64,000 bases of DNA from Candidatus Cloacimonadota bacterium (lineage in GTDB: Bacteria; Cloacimonadota; Cloacimonadia; JGIOTU-2): contig JBNGBT010000002.1 in NCBI GenBank assembly GCA_049903315.1, positions 128,001 to 192,000 of the forward strand. The letters run 5' to 3'. A model generated the notes under the pieces. The model was not told the DNA's origin. It worked only from the letters and a program-made list of their open reading frames with translations, and searched no databases. Shown one piece after another: positions 8,120 through 18,152 of this stretch (its first letter is position 1; the number at the start of each line of letters is the position of its first letter). The position numbers were made by a program, and so were the translations under genes.

Positions 8120-9646
8120 ATGAAAGAAATATTGGAAAAACTCGGCATCAAAGAAGTGAATCACGGTGCATATTGCGGAGAATGGCTCCATACTTCCGGT
8201 GAAGAAGTCACTGTCTATTCACCAATCGATGATTCTGTTCTGGCTAAAGTGAAAACTGCAACTGCAGCAGATTATGATATTGTTGCAAAAAAAGCACAGG
8301 AAGCTTTCAAAATTTGGAGAAATTTTCCTGCTCCAAAACGCGGAGAGATCGTACGTTTGTTAGGTCTCGAGCTGAGAAAATATAAGGACGAACTGGGTAG
8401 ACTCGTTACCATGGAAATGGGAAAGATCTACACTGAAGGTCTTGGTGAAGTGCAGGAAATGATCGACATGGCTGATCTGGCAGTTGGGATGTCACGCCAG
8501 CTTTACGGGGCGACAATTCAGTCCGAACGTCCTGAGCATAGAATGTTCGAACAGTACCATCCACTCGGTGTGATCGGTATTATTTCTGCATTCAACTTTC
8601 CTGTCGCAGTGTGGGCTTGGAACGCATTTGTAGCGGGAATTTGTGGCGATACAATGATCTGGAAACCTTCAACATCTACTCCGCTGACTGCAATTGCTGT
8701 AATGAATATTGTTCATAAGGTTTTGGAAACACAAGATGTGCCCAAAGCGATATTTAATCTTGTGATCGGACGCGGAAGCGAGATCGGTGAAAAGCTTATC
8801 AATGACAAAAATATTCCTCTTGTAAGCGCAACTGGAAGCTGCCAGATGGGCAAGCGAGTGTATCAGGCAGCAGCAAAAAGATATGGAAAAGTCATCCTCG
8901 AACTTGGTGGAAATAACGCAATTATTGTCATGGAAGATGCAAATATCGAACTAGCGCTCAAAGCTGTACTTTTCGGCGCAGTCGGCACTGCGGGTCAGCG
9001 TTGTACATCCACACGCAGAGTGCTTCTTCATGAAGAAGTCTTTGATGATTTTGTGAGTAAACTCGAGAAAGCATACGGTTCTGTTCCCATCGGAAATCCT
9101 CTGGATGAAGGTGTACTTATGGGACCACTTGTAGACCAGTCTGCAGTCAAAGCGTATAAGAATGCTCTAGAAAAAATCGAGGAACAGGGTGGTGAAATAA
9201 TATATGGCGGTGAAGTTCTTACCGAAGATGTACCCGGAAGCTGCTATGTGCTTCCCACAATTGCAGTCGCAAGAAATGATATGCAGATCGTACAGGATGA
9301 GACCTTTGCACCAATACTCTATCTCATAAAGATCAAGAATATCGACCAGGCAATTGAGATTCATAATGATGTGCCACAGGGACTTTCTTCTGCGATATTC
9401 ACCAATAATCTTCAGTATGCAGAGCAGTTCCTCAGCGATAGGGGCAGTGATTGCGGTATTGCGAATGTCAACATCGGAACAAGTGGTGCTGAGATCGGTG
9501 GTGCATTTGGCGGCGAAAAAGAAACCGGTGGCGGTCGTGAAGCAGGAAGTGATGCATGGAAAGCATATATGAGGCGTCAAACAAACACTGTAAACTGGGG
9601 TAAAACAATGCCTCTTGCACAAGGTGTCGAGTTTGATATTGACTAA
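8120..9646 (+). CDS. ALDH7/antiquitin-family aldehyde dehydrogenase (alpha-aminoadipic semialdehyde / P6C dehydrogenase-like)
   Basis: AFNFPVAVW, LELGGNNA, GTAGQRCT, SGAEIGGAFGGEKETGGGRE.GSDAWK.YMRRQT; AGGAG RBS before ATG 8120. Confidence 0.9.
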   Translation: MKEILEKLGIKEVNHGAYCGEWLHTSGEEVTVYSPIDDSVLAKVKTATAADYDIVAKKAQEAFKIWRNFPAPKRGEIVRLLGLELRKYKDELGRLVTMEMGKIYTEGLGEVQEMIDMADLAVGMSRQLYGATIQSERPEHRMFEQYHPLGVIGIISAFNFPVAVWAWNAFVAGICGDTMIWKPSTSTPLTAIAVMNIVHKVLETQDVPKAIFNLVIGRGSEIGEKLINDKNIPLVSATGSCQMGKRVYQAAAKRYGKVILELGGNNAIIVMEDANIELALKAVLFGAVGTAGQRCTSTRRVLLHEEVFDDFVSKLEKAYGSVPIGNPLDEGVLMGPLVDQSAVKAYKNALEKIEEQGGEIIYGGEVLTEDVPGSCYVLPTIAVARNDMQIVQDETFAPILYLIKIKNIDQAIEIHNDVPQGLSSAIFTNNLQYAEQFLSDRGSDCGIANVNIGTSGAEIGGAFGGEKETGGGREAGSDAWKAYMRRQTNTVNWGKTMPLAQGVEFDID

Positions 9647-9694
9647 GAATTATCTTATGAAATAAAATTCTTGAAAGAAATATTAAAGTAATAC

Positions 9695-9731
9695 AAAGTG
9701 GGGCATAAATAAAATGTCCCACTTTAATTTT
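9695..9731 (+). terminator. Probable intrinsic terminator hairpin
   Basis: AAAGTGGGGCAT-N7-ATGTCCCACTTT stem followed by AATTTT. Confidence 0.5.
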
Positions 9732-9747
9732 ATCGAAAAGGAGAAAA

Positions 9748-10059
9748 ATGGCTGATCAAAAACAACAGCAGATCAAGATCAATATTCCCAAGGAACATTC
9801 TGAGGGAATCTACTCAAATGTTGCATTTATGAATTTCAACCAGTCAGAATTTGTAGTAGATTTTGGAAGAATTTTGCCAGGCGTGCCGGAAGCAACAGTA
9901 TATTCCAGAGTAATACTATCTCCACAGCATGCAAAACGATTCATGCAACTGTTGGATAGAAATATTAAAAAATATGAAGAACAATTCGGTGAAGTCAAGT
10001 TGCCGGAGCAAGGTTCGAAACAGAATATTGGTTTTCAGCAGGCAACTATAAATAATTAA
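9748..10059 (+). CDS. DUF3467-family protein
   Basis: GIYSN...SEFVVDFGRILPG..A.VYSRVILSPQHAKR...YE..FGE. Confidence 0.85.
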   Translation: MADQKQQQIKINIPKEHSEGIYSNVAFMNFNQSEFVVDFGRILPGVPEATVYSRVILSPQHAKRFMQLLDRNIKKYEEQFGEVKLPEQGSKQNIGFQQATINN

Positions 10060-10088
10060 ATTTTACAAAAACTCAACAAAGGAAGACT

Positions 10089-12683
10089 ATGAATAAATCA
10101 ATAATAGTTAGTGCGATTTTTTTATTCATTTTTTCAGCATTCAGCATACTTGGAGCAGCTACAATTCCACGTGCCGAATACATTAAATATCTCGAACTAT
10201 CATATCCGAGGATCATACAACAAACACCTGCAAGCAGATACTTTGCAATATATGGCGATAAAGAAAGCCCTGATTATAAAGATGTAAATCCAGTAGATGG
10301 GATTGATGACAGTCGGCTAAAACTTTTGCATAGATTAGGCGTCAAATTCGCTCCATACATGATTCTCAACACCATTCTCGTACCCATGGATTTGAGGAAA
10401 TTCATCCTCGAACCTCACCATCCACTGTATGTAGATACATGGGATATCTCCCTTGATAAAAGCAAGATCATCGATATGCAGACTGTAAATTTTAGCGAAA
10501 TGGGGAAGAGGTGTCCGCTATACGAACTTGCGGGTGAAGAAAGCGAGAGCGGCAAGATCACTCCTCCACTTGAGAATGATGATTGTAAATATCTTAACCT
10601 TCTTAATGAATTCGATCCATGTAATCCGAGTTCTATGCTGATAAATGATTCTCGTAGACCGGACTTTCTTAAGTACAAAGTTTTCTTTTTTGATTTCCCG
10701 GGTGAAGATGAAGAAACCTGGAAGGAAGAATTCAGCAATTCATTCACGCAGAGTCTTAAAAAAAGATATCTCTCTTATGTGACTGCGTTTGTGCATCCCT
10801 TCATCAGGCAGGTCCGTTCAAAGATGGATAATACTCTTCTTGGTTATGAGTTCATATTACAGTTTTGGTTTTTCTATCCGTATAATGATGGAGGGAATGA
10901 TCACGAAGGAGATTGGGAACGCATCAATATTGCGATCTCTCCGATGAACAAGGTCGAGCAGATGCTCGATGAGCAGGATGTAAGAAATATTTTGAAGGGC
11001 ATCGGTTTGCACGACCGACCGATTAATAGAGATAAGGTGGCGAGTGACGTATGGAATAAACAACTCGTCATCAAACGTGTGGAATACTTCTTTCATTATA
11101 ATGTGATGATGATGAATTATGCGGATCCAAATGCATATAAATCATTTGAGAGTTGGGAAAGGCAGGTGAAGAAACTCGAGTATGATAGAATGGGAGAAGA
11201 CTGGATCGATAAAAAGATACGTGAACGTGCGTATGTGAGTAAAGAAGAAAAAGAGATCAATACACATCCGGTTATATATATAGGTGGTGATGATAAAGGA
11301 AATGACCAGCTTCTCGCAAAGCCGGGTGGGAAGAACAGAGATTCTCATGGTTCTTATCCATTTACCGGTCTATATAAAGAGGTTGGGCCAGCAGGAGCAA
11401 CAGAGCTTATATCCCGAACATTTAATTATTCGGAATATCAAAATTCACTCGACTCTTTAGAAGTGGTCACTTCAAAAGGGATGCTGAAAAGGGGAAGTGT
11501 GGTTCCCATGAACAAGCCCGAAAGGATATGCATAGTTCCTGATTGGGAAACAGTGTATCCGCTTCTGAAAACAACACCTAATGTACGTAGAGATTGGGGA
11601 TGGCTTTTATTCCCGATCCATTGGGGATACCCTGCATCAAAATCACCATTTGCCGGAGTGGTTAAAAATGCTGATACAGGGAATATGTCTCCATTCACTC
11701 CCACTTATACAGTTGGATGGAATCAGGCAGGCAATAATTCCAGATATCATCTTTACTACCCTCATAAAATGAGTTCCTATTTTCCCGTGAGTCTGGAAGA
11801 CAGCTATATGAATGATCTTGGCTATCTTAATCTCACATTCCCGATGCTCTCCAATGTGCCGCCTTTTGATTTTCTGTGGAGGGTTGCTGCAGCTCCTTTC
11901 AGAGCTACTTTGAAAAAATCAATACCTACTTTTTATACCAAGGAAAAAATTCCTTTTAGATTTATTGGATTTACAGGTGGTGTTTCATATCAATTTTTAC
12001 CGGAAGAATATTTCGCGCTTATGTTTCATCCCGATCAATATTTTGATATATACAGCGATGTGATCGAGATCGATCCTGCACTTGATTCTGTTTCCACCAC
12101 GACTACTATTGATGTGAAGCCTGCAATTGCTCCTCGTATCGGGGTGAATTTTTACCTTGGAAAACACTTTGTGACGGAAAATACCATTCGTCATTCACGA
12201 AGTGAAATTGCCGTTGATATATCTTTGACAAATCGTCCCGAACCCTATAAGATACGTGCTGATCTGAATTTTTGGGAGTACGTCGGCAGCCTGAGATACA
12301 ATCTTACTGCCAGTGATTTCCAATTTTATCTCAAAGCTGGTTATGGAATCAGTTTTTATCGGGTTGAAAACATCACAGGTGACGGTGAAAAAATTGAGCA
12401 TCCTGATACACCCTGGGCTCGAAGACCTACCTGGCATAAATTGTATAATCTCATTCCAAATACATGGCATTTCGGATATGGCATAGAATTTGTCCCTTTC
12501 AAAAATTACGGATCATTTCCCAAATCATTAGATGTCGGGATCCGACTTGAGTGGCTCTGGTTCAATAACAAACTTGGTTTAGATTTTGGTGATATACTTC
12601 AGTTTGGAGATTTTAAACTCGGGCTGGATGATATTACGGTCACACGCTCTGCAATAAATCTTTTGCTTACGATAAGCTTTTAG
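10089..12683 (+). CDS. Exported protein: Vps62/NPP1-like N-terminal region fused to a C-terminal outer-membrane beta-barrel
   Basis: Signal peptide; QFWFFYPYND..HEGDWE, HPVIY, SHGSY, W.LF..HWG motifs; last about 240 aa alternating beta-strands ending LLLTISF. Confidence 0.6.
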   Translation: MNKSIIVSAIFLFIFSAFSILGAATIPRAEYIKYLELSYPRIIQQTPASRYFAIYGDKESPDYKDVNPVDGIDDSRLKLLHRLGVKFAPYMILNTILVPMDLRKFILEPHHPLYVDTWDISLDKSKIIDMQTVNFSEMGKRCPLYELAGEESESGKITPPLENDDCKYLNLLNEFDPCNPSSMLINDSRRPDFLKYKVFFFDFPGEDEETWKEEFSNSFTQSLKKRYLSYVTAFVHPFIRQVRSKMDNTLLGYEFILQFWFFYPYNDGGNDHEGDWERINIAISPMNKVEQMLDEQDVRNILKGIGLHDRPINRDKVASDVWNKQLVIKRVEYFFHYNVMMMNYADPNAYKSFESWERQVKKLEYDRMGEDWIDKKIRERAYVSKEEKEINTHPVIYIGGDDKGNDQLLAKPGGKNRDSHGSYPFTGLYKEVGPAGATELISRTFNYSEYQNSLDSLEVVTSKGMLKRGSVVPMNKPERICIVPDWETVYPLLKTTPNVRRDWGWLLFPIHWGYPASKSPFAGVVKNADTGNMSPFTPTYTVGWNQAGNNSRYHLYYPHKMSSYFPVSLEDSYMNDLGYLNLTFPMLSNVPPFDFLWRVAAAPFRATLKKSIPTFYTKEKIPFRFIGFTGGVSYQFLPEEYFALMFHPDQYFDIYSDVIEIDPALDSVSTTTTIDVKPAIAPRIGVNFYLGKHFVTENTIRHSRSEIAVDISLTNRPEPYKIRADLNFWEYVGSLRYNLTASDFQFYLKAGYGISFYRVENITGDGEKIEHPDTPWARRPTWHKLYNLIPNTWHFGYGIEFVPFKNYGSFPKSLDVGIRLEWLWFNNKLGLDFGDILQFGDFKLGLDDITVTRSAINLLLTISF

Positions 12684-12706
12684 TTTATTAATCTCTGGAG
12701 TAAATA

Positions 12707-14650
12707 TTGAATAAATCACCTCTCACTATTTTTCTATGCTGTTTTGCATTTCTCAGTATATTTGGCATTCTTTCAGCTGTAGATCACAATGATTTTATTC
12801 TTGAACTTCAATCCGGTGATATTCTTCATGTCGGGGATTCGTGCTGGATTGTACCTCATGATACGACATTTGTGATTTCAGACTCCATACCTTTTTATGT
12901 TGAAAAAGATGAAGCATGGACAGATGATTTTTATACGACAATGAGGGATGAAGCTGATAAATCAGATTTTACAAAGCAGATTTTTAACCTTGCTTTTAAA
13001 AAAAGCAAAGGAGACATAAACAAGCTCTACCAACTTGAAAAAAGCGAGTTTCAATTTCTTCGGTATAAAGATAAAATAATCCGAAATATCTACATAGAAA
13101 ACATACCTATTTTTCAGCAGTCTCCTACCAATATTAAGATCGTGCAATGGGCACAGAGAACTGCTGATAAGATGCATGTCGATACGAAAAAAAGGGTTAT
13201 CAGAAATATTCTCTTATTCAAGGAAGGAGATAATCTCAATCCTGCAGTACTTGCAGAGAATGAAAAAATTTTGTATGATCTTCCATTTATAAATGAGGTT
13301 TATTTTCAAGTATACAATTGCTATAATAAACCGGAATATGTCGATGTTGTTGTTTTGACGAAAGATAAGTTTCCTGTCGGAGGTAATCCGGGCATTTCTT
13401 CCTTTCATTCTTTTGATCTTGAGATCTATGACCTGAATATCGTTGGACTGGGGCATAAAGCAAGTACAACTATTGCCTATGATGGAGAAAGGAACGCAAA
13501 GGTGTATCTTCAGGATGCGCTATATAAGATATATCATATAGGGAATACATTCATTTCGGGAGAATTATTTTATTCACATCCCGAGCATGAAGAGCGATAC
13601 GGTTTTGTGTTTAATAGAAATTATATTCCTCCTGAAATAAATATTGCGGGAGGAGTAGGTTTGAAGAGAGTCAACACCTATTATTACCATAGTCCCGACG
13701 ACAGCACTTTGATGGAATATCCACTTGAATACGTAAAAGGTGATTTCTGTATCGGGGTGGCAGAGCCGCTTAAGGTATTCAGTCCCTCAAAAGCAGAATA
13801 TCTCGTTGAACTCATTCGAATTACTCATTATGATTACTACAAGTATCCTTTGTTAGGATCGATGTTCGACGACAGATCTGTGGTTTTATTTTCTCTCGAT
13901 CATCTCAGGAGTAAGTTTTATAAAAGTAATCTGATCTATGATTTTGGTGAGATCGAATATATTCCTTATGGACATTTGCTCGAGATACTTGGCGGTGTAG
14001 AATATCCCGAAATGTATGATAAAAGATATTATGCGGGAATTCGGTTTTCTCAGGGTAATTTTATTTTTAAGAGAGCACTCTACTATTATTTAGAAGCAGG
14101 GCTTGGAAGTTATTTTAATAAACTCTTTCTTCAGGACTTTGATGAAGGAGTATTATCTCTGAGTGCTCATTTTTTCACAAGGCATTATAAAATTGGAAAT
14201 TATGGGGTAAGAAATTTTGTTGAATTCGATTATATGAAGGGATTGAATCAACCCGATTATTTATATCTCGATTTTCATAATATGGAAAATGTGAGAGGAT
14301 TTAATGACACCAAAGCTCGTGGACAGCAGCGGTTGGTAATAAATTTTGAGAGTGTGACATATACGCCGTGGGATCTTATTGGATTTCGTTTTGCATTATT
14401 TGGATTCTTCGACATCGGTTTTATCGGCGATGCACACAGTAAGATATTGCATGATAAAACATATACTGCAATTGGTGCAGGTGTGCGTATGAGAAATGAT
14501 GATCTTGTGTTCAAGACAGTGCAGCTGAAGTTAACCTATTATCCTGATCTTGATGGAAGAAAGAAAATTTCTCTCGCACTTTCAGGGAAACCGGATTTGA
14601 ATCTTCCGGGCTTCGGTGTAAAACCTCCGGAGATCATTGAATTTAAGTAG
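12707..14650 (+). CDS. Omp85/BamA-TamA-like outer membrane protein with POTRA domain
   Basis: H..TK..VIRN.LLFKEGD...LAENEK.L..LPF POTRA-like segment; VRGF motif; FFDIG...IGAGVRM barrel end; TTG start with GGAG RBS. Confidence 0.7.
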   Translation: MNKSPLTIFLCCFAFLSIFGILSAVDHNDFILELQSGDILHVGDSCWIVPHDTTFVISDSIPFYVEKDEAWTDDFYTTMRDEADKSDFTKQIFNLAFKKSKGDINKLYQLEKSEFQFLRYKDKIIRNIYIENIPIFQQSPTNIKIVQWAQRTADKMHVDTKKRVIRNILLFKEGDNLNPAVLAENEKILYDLPFINEVYFQVYNCYNKPEYVDVVVLTKDKFPVGGNPGISSFHSFDLEIYDLNIVGLGHKASTTIAYDGERNAKVYLQDALYKIYHIGNTFISGELFYSHPEHEERYGFVFNRNYIPPEINIAGGVGLKRVNTYYYHSPDDSTLMEYPLEYVKGDFCIGVAEPLKVFSPSKAEYLVELIRITHYDYYKYPLLGSMFDDRSVVLFSLDHLRSKFYKSNLIYDFGEIEYIPYGHLLEILGGVEYPEMYDKRYYAGIRFSQGNFIFKRALYYYLEAGLGSYFNKLFLQDFDEGVLSLSAHFFTRHYKIGNYGVRNFVEFDYMKGLNQPDYLYLDFHNMENVRGFNDTKARGQQRLVINFESVTYTPWDLIGFRFALFGFFDIGFIGDAHSKILHDKTYTAIGAGVRMRNDDLVFKTVQLKLTYYPDLDGRKKISLALSGKPDLNLPGFGVKPPEIIEFK

Positions 14651-14696
14651 TTAGATTTTATGATGGTCTGTAATTATTCGTTACTTGGTTTAATAT

Positions 14697-14746
14697 TTGA
14701 CATAATATAAAGAAATTAATTTTATACCACAGCGGTTCATTGAACC
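14697..14746 (+). promoter_or_regulatory. Putative -35 box with downstream palindromic operator
   Basis: TTGACA at 14697-14702; GGTTCA-T-TGAACC at 14734-14746. Confidence 0.35.
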
Positions 14747-14796
14747 CGAGAAAATCTCAAATATAATATAGATAGTAATGAACGGAGGTCTTGTCT

Positions 14797-15903
14797 ATGT
14801 TGTACAAAAAAAAAGCAGTGGTGTTGATTTTACTGATTTCTACAATTATAAGTTGTACATTTCTTACAGCAGATCCATTAACGAAAGACACACAGGAAAT
14901 GCTCTTTATCGGTTCGAGCTATTTTAACTATCATAATCTCAGGGGATTAGTACAAAATCTTGCTGACAGTGCAGGGATAGATGTCAACTTTGATATTTAT
15001 GCTGTAAACGGGTTGTATCTTTACGACCATGCCTACAATAATATCACTCAAGCAAAAATTAATGAGAAGGATTGGGATTATGTAATTTTGCAGGGCTGCG
15101 GAAGCGTGACAGCTTATCCTGATTATTATACTGCTTATCCAGTCTATTCAGCCCTTATTATACTACGTAATAAAATACACATAAATTGTGCTTCAACCAA
15201 AATGGTTTTCTGCATGCCGTGGGCTTTTGAAGATGGGATGACGTGGGTGCCGGGATGGACGGACACGTATGCAGATATGCAGTATCATATTTATGTGAAT
15301 ACTCTGAAATATTCCAATGAAATCGGATTTGAAATCGCACCTGTAGGATGGTCATGGAACACGGTACTTTACGAGCAGAATTATCCTCTTCATTATCTGC
15401 ATATGAGCGACTGGAATCACCCTTCACTCAGGGGTTCGTATCTTATGGCGTGTACTGTTTTTTCTACAGTTTTTCAGGATAGTTGTATTGGTATAAATTA
15501 TAATCCGGGAATAACTGAGGATGAGGTTACCTACTACCAGACTGTTGGCTCACATATGGTTCTGGATAGTCTCGATCTTTGGAATATTAGTCCCAATTAT
15601 CCGGTTAATGAAAATATCACTCCGCATGAATGTGCTCTCAAACAAAATCATCCAAATCCGTTTGTGCACAATACCCAAATAACTTTCAATCTACATCATG
15701 CAGCTTCTGTAAAACTGAATATTTATAATCTCAAAGGACAACTTGTAAGATCTCTTTTTTCAGGATTTGCATCATCGAAAAATTTAGATTGGAACGGCAA
15801 GGATGAAAGCGAAAATGAGCTTACTGCGGGTGTATATTTGTATAAATTATTCGTTGATGGAAAAATAACTGAGACGAAAAAGCTCATATTGTTGAGTAAG
15901 TAA
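14797..15903 (+). CDS. Secreted SGNH-like (DUF4886-type) hydrolase with FlgD-Ig/T9SS-type sorting domain
   Basis: LFIGSSY, WDYVILQ, D.NHPS..GSY motifs; C-terminal PNPF...IYNLKGQLVR...ETKKLILLSK; GGAGG RBS before ATG 14797. Confidence 0.75.
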   Translation: MLYKKKAVVLILLISTIISCTFLTADPLTKDTQEMLFIGSSYFNYHNLRGLVQNLADSAGIDVNFDIYAVNGLYLYDHAYNNITQAKINEKDWDYVILQGCGSVTAYPDYYTAYPVYSALIILRNKIHINCASTKMVFCMPWAFEDGMTWVPGWTDTYADMQYHIYVNTLKYSNEIGFEIAPVGWSWNTVLYEQNYPLHYLHMSDWNHPSLRGSYLMACTVFSTVFQDSCIGINYNPGITEDEVTYYQTVGSHMVLDSLDLWNISPNYPVNENITPHECALKQNHPNPFVHNTQITFNLHHAASVKLNIYNLKGQLVRSLFSGFASSKNLDWNGKDESENELTAGVYLYKLFVDGKITETKKLILLSK

Positions 15904-15914
15904 AAAGCAAAATT

Positions 15915-16799
15915 ATGGAAAGCAAGACACCCAGGAGCACATTGATAGAAAAAGGCATTCATGCCGGTGAAATAGACATGTATCATGAAAACGCTATCTG
16001 GGTCCAGAACAGCAGCGACAAGGTTGATATCGCTCAAGAATTGATGCGTGTCGTAAGAGAGTTATTCAGAACAGTTTCCCTTGATCGAAAACTGAGAGCT
16101 CTTTCAATCGGATCGGGCTCTGAGCCGCAGTTTCAAATACTTGAGTCAGCATTCAGAGGAGAGCTCTATCTTCTTGATATAGAAAGTGTTCCCCTGGCAG
16201 TCATAAAGGAGCGTGTAAAGAGCCACTGGATTGACCACGTAACCACTGTTCTCGCTGACTACAATAAAACACTTGTACATCATGCCGATGCACAGCGATT
16301 CCTCAATGAAGTACTCGGAGGGAGCACGCTTGATCTTGTTGTTCTTCATCATTCACTCTATTACTCCAGCCAATCTGACTGGACTGAATTGTTTAACAGT
16401 CTCTACAATATCATTCTTGCGAGAAAAGGTGCTATCCATGCGGTTATGATGTCTTCGAGCTGCGAAGAAAAGGATTCCACGACATGGCTCTACAATCACT
16501 TTGCAGGGAAGTTCTTTGGATGCCGCAATGACCAGGATCTCAAAGCTTTTGGAAAAGGGCTTCATGGAATTAAGAATTTCACTAAAGCAGAGATACAACA
16601 GATGACACACAGGGTGAAATTCTATATTGATGATTTTGAAAAATACATGGCCGTGATCTGGATGATACTTCTCTATCCGAATGTGCACGATTATTCCTAT
16701 AATCAAAAAAAAGAGATTACCGAGTATGTTTATGAAAATTTTTATAAGCTCCAAAAACCTCTTATTCAGATGCAGGATCATCTTATCTTAAGCAGGTGA
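15915..16799 (+). CDS. Class I SAM-dependent methyltransferase
   Basis: ALSIGSGS motif I, LLDI, LDLVVLHHSLYY. Confidence 0.7.
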   Translation: MESKTPRSTLIEKGIHAGEIDMYHENAIWVQNSSDKVDIAQELMRVVRELFRTVSLDRKLRALSIGSGSEPQFQILESAFRGELYLLDIESVPLAVIKERVKSHWIDHVTTVLADYNKTLVHHADAQRFLNEVLGGSTLDLVVLHHSLYYSSQSDWTELFNSLYNIILARKGAIHAVMMSSSCEEKDSTTWLYNHFAGKFFGCRNDQDLKAFGKGLHGIKNFTKAEIQQMTHRVKFYIDDFEKYMAVIWMILLYPNVHDYSYNQKKEITEYVYENFYKLQKPLIQMQDHLILSR

Positions 16800-16871
16800 T
16801 GAGTACACAATCTCAAAAAAATTCAAGGTTTATTACATTTAAATATTCTGATTTATCGTAATTATTAAGAC

Positions 16872-16919
16872 TGCCGAATAAAATAAACAAATTGCGGAAT
16901 TAATTCAACAATCTTGACA
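16872..16919 (+). promoter_or_regulatory. Tandem 18-bp dyad sites abutting a TTGACA box
   Basis: TGCCGAATAAAATAAACA (16872-16889) and TGCGGAATTAATTCAACA (16893-16910); TTGACA 16914-16919. Confidence 0.6.
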
Positions 16920-17018
16920 AACTTAGATCCAGAATAATAAAAAAAATTGATAATAGTTGAAATGCTACAGAGATAAATTTATATTAAGAAAAAAGCTCAA
17001 AAGAATTGGGGTTTTGCC

Positions 17019-18140
17019 ATGAAATCAATTTTAATAGTAGAGGATGAAAAAGTAATCGCTGCGAGCATAAAAAATATACTACGCCATCTCGGTTACAAAG
17101 ACAATTACATTGCAGCATCCGGGTCGAAAGCAATAAAGATTATTGAAGAAAAACATCCTGATTTGGTTTTAGCAGATATTGTTTTAGAAGGAGAAATTAA
17201 CGGCATCGAGTTAGCAAAACAAGTAAAATCGGAGTACAGGTTACCGGTAATATTTCTCACTTCTTATTCGGATGAAAAAACGGTAAGTGACGCAAAGCTA
17301 AGTGAACCATATGGATTTATAACCAAACCATTTAAAATTGAAGAACTGAAAATTACGCTTGAAATTGCTTTCCATAAATTTAAAATGGAAAGGAGGCTTA
17401 TAGAAAGTGAAGAAGAATTACGTAAAGCGTATGTGCTGCTTGAAGAAACACAGCAGGAATTGATCCAGAGTAAAACATTGGCAAATCTTGGAGAATTTGC
17501 AGCAGGTATTGCTCACGAGATAAGAAATCCACTTGCGAATATATCAGCTTTAGCCCAATACAGTATGAAGAAATTTGATCTCGAAAAGAAAATGATAAAA
17601 AATCTCGAAGCGATCATGAAAAGTTCTCAAAGAGCAAATAATATAATCAAAGAACTTCTCGATTTTGCCAAACCTCATACTCTAGAATTTGAATATGTAT
17701 GTATAGCGGATGTAATAAATAAAGTTTGTGACCTTACTGAAGCAAAACGCTTGAATCATCAAGTGGAATGTAACAAGAGATGTTCGGCAAATTTACCTAA
17801 GATCATGGTTGATGAAAAATTACTCGAGCAAGCGCTGATCAACATAATTATGAACTCATTAGATGCGATGCCTAAAGGCGGACGTCTTACTGTTACTGCT
17901 CTTCAGAACGAGGATTTCATTGTCATAAAAATATCCGATACAGGTAAAGGAATAGCCCAGAAAGATATCGACAAGATATTCAATCCATTCTTCACTCTCA
18001 AGCAAGATGGGGTAGGTTTGGGGCTTTCTGTAACTCATCGAATCATACAATCCCATAGAGGTAAGATTGAAGTTGAAAGCATTTATAACAAAGGGACAAA
18101 ATTTACTATCAAACTCCCGATCGTTCATAAAGAGAAATGA
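17019..18140 (+). CDS. Hybrid histidine kinase (REC-HisKA-HATPase), no sensor domain
   Basis: ILIVEDE, LADI, FITKP receiver; AHEIRNPL; NIIMNS, DTGKGI, FNPFFT, GVGLGL. Confidence 0.9.
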   Translation: MKSILIVEDEKVIAASIKNILRHLGYKDNYIAASGSKAIKIIEEKHPDLVLADIVLEGEINGIELAKQVKSEYRLPVIFLTSYSDEKTVSDAKLSEPYGFITKPFKIEELKITLEIAFHKFKMERRLIESEEELRKAYVLLEETQQELIQSKTLANLGEFAAGIAHEIRNPLANISALAQYSMKKFDLEKKMIKNLEAIMKSSQRANNIIKELLDFAKPHTLEFEYVCIADVINKVCDLTEAKRLNHQVECNKRCSANLPKIMVDEKLLEQALINIIMNSLDAMPKGGRLTVTALQNEDFIVIKISDTGKGIAQKDIDKIFNPFFTLKQDGVGLGLSVTHRIIQSHRGKIEVESIYNKGTKFTIKLPIVHKEK

Positions 18141-18152
18141 GGAGAATCATAA

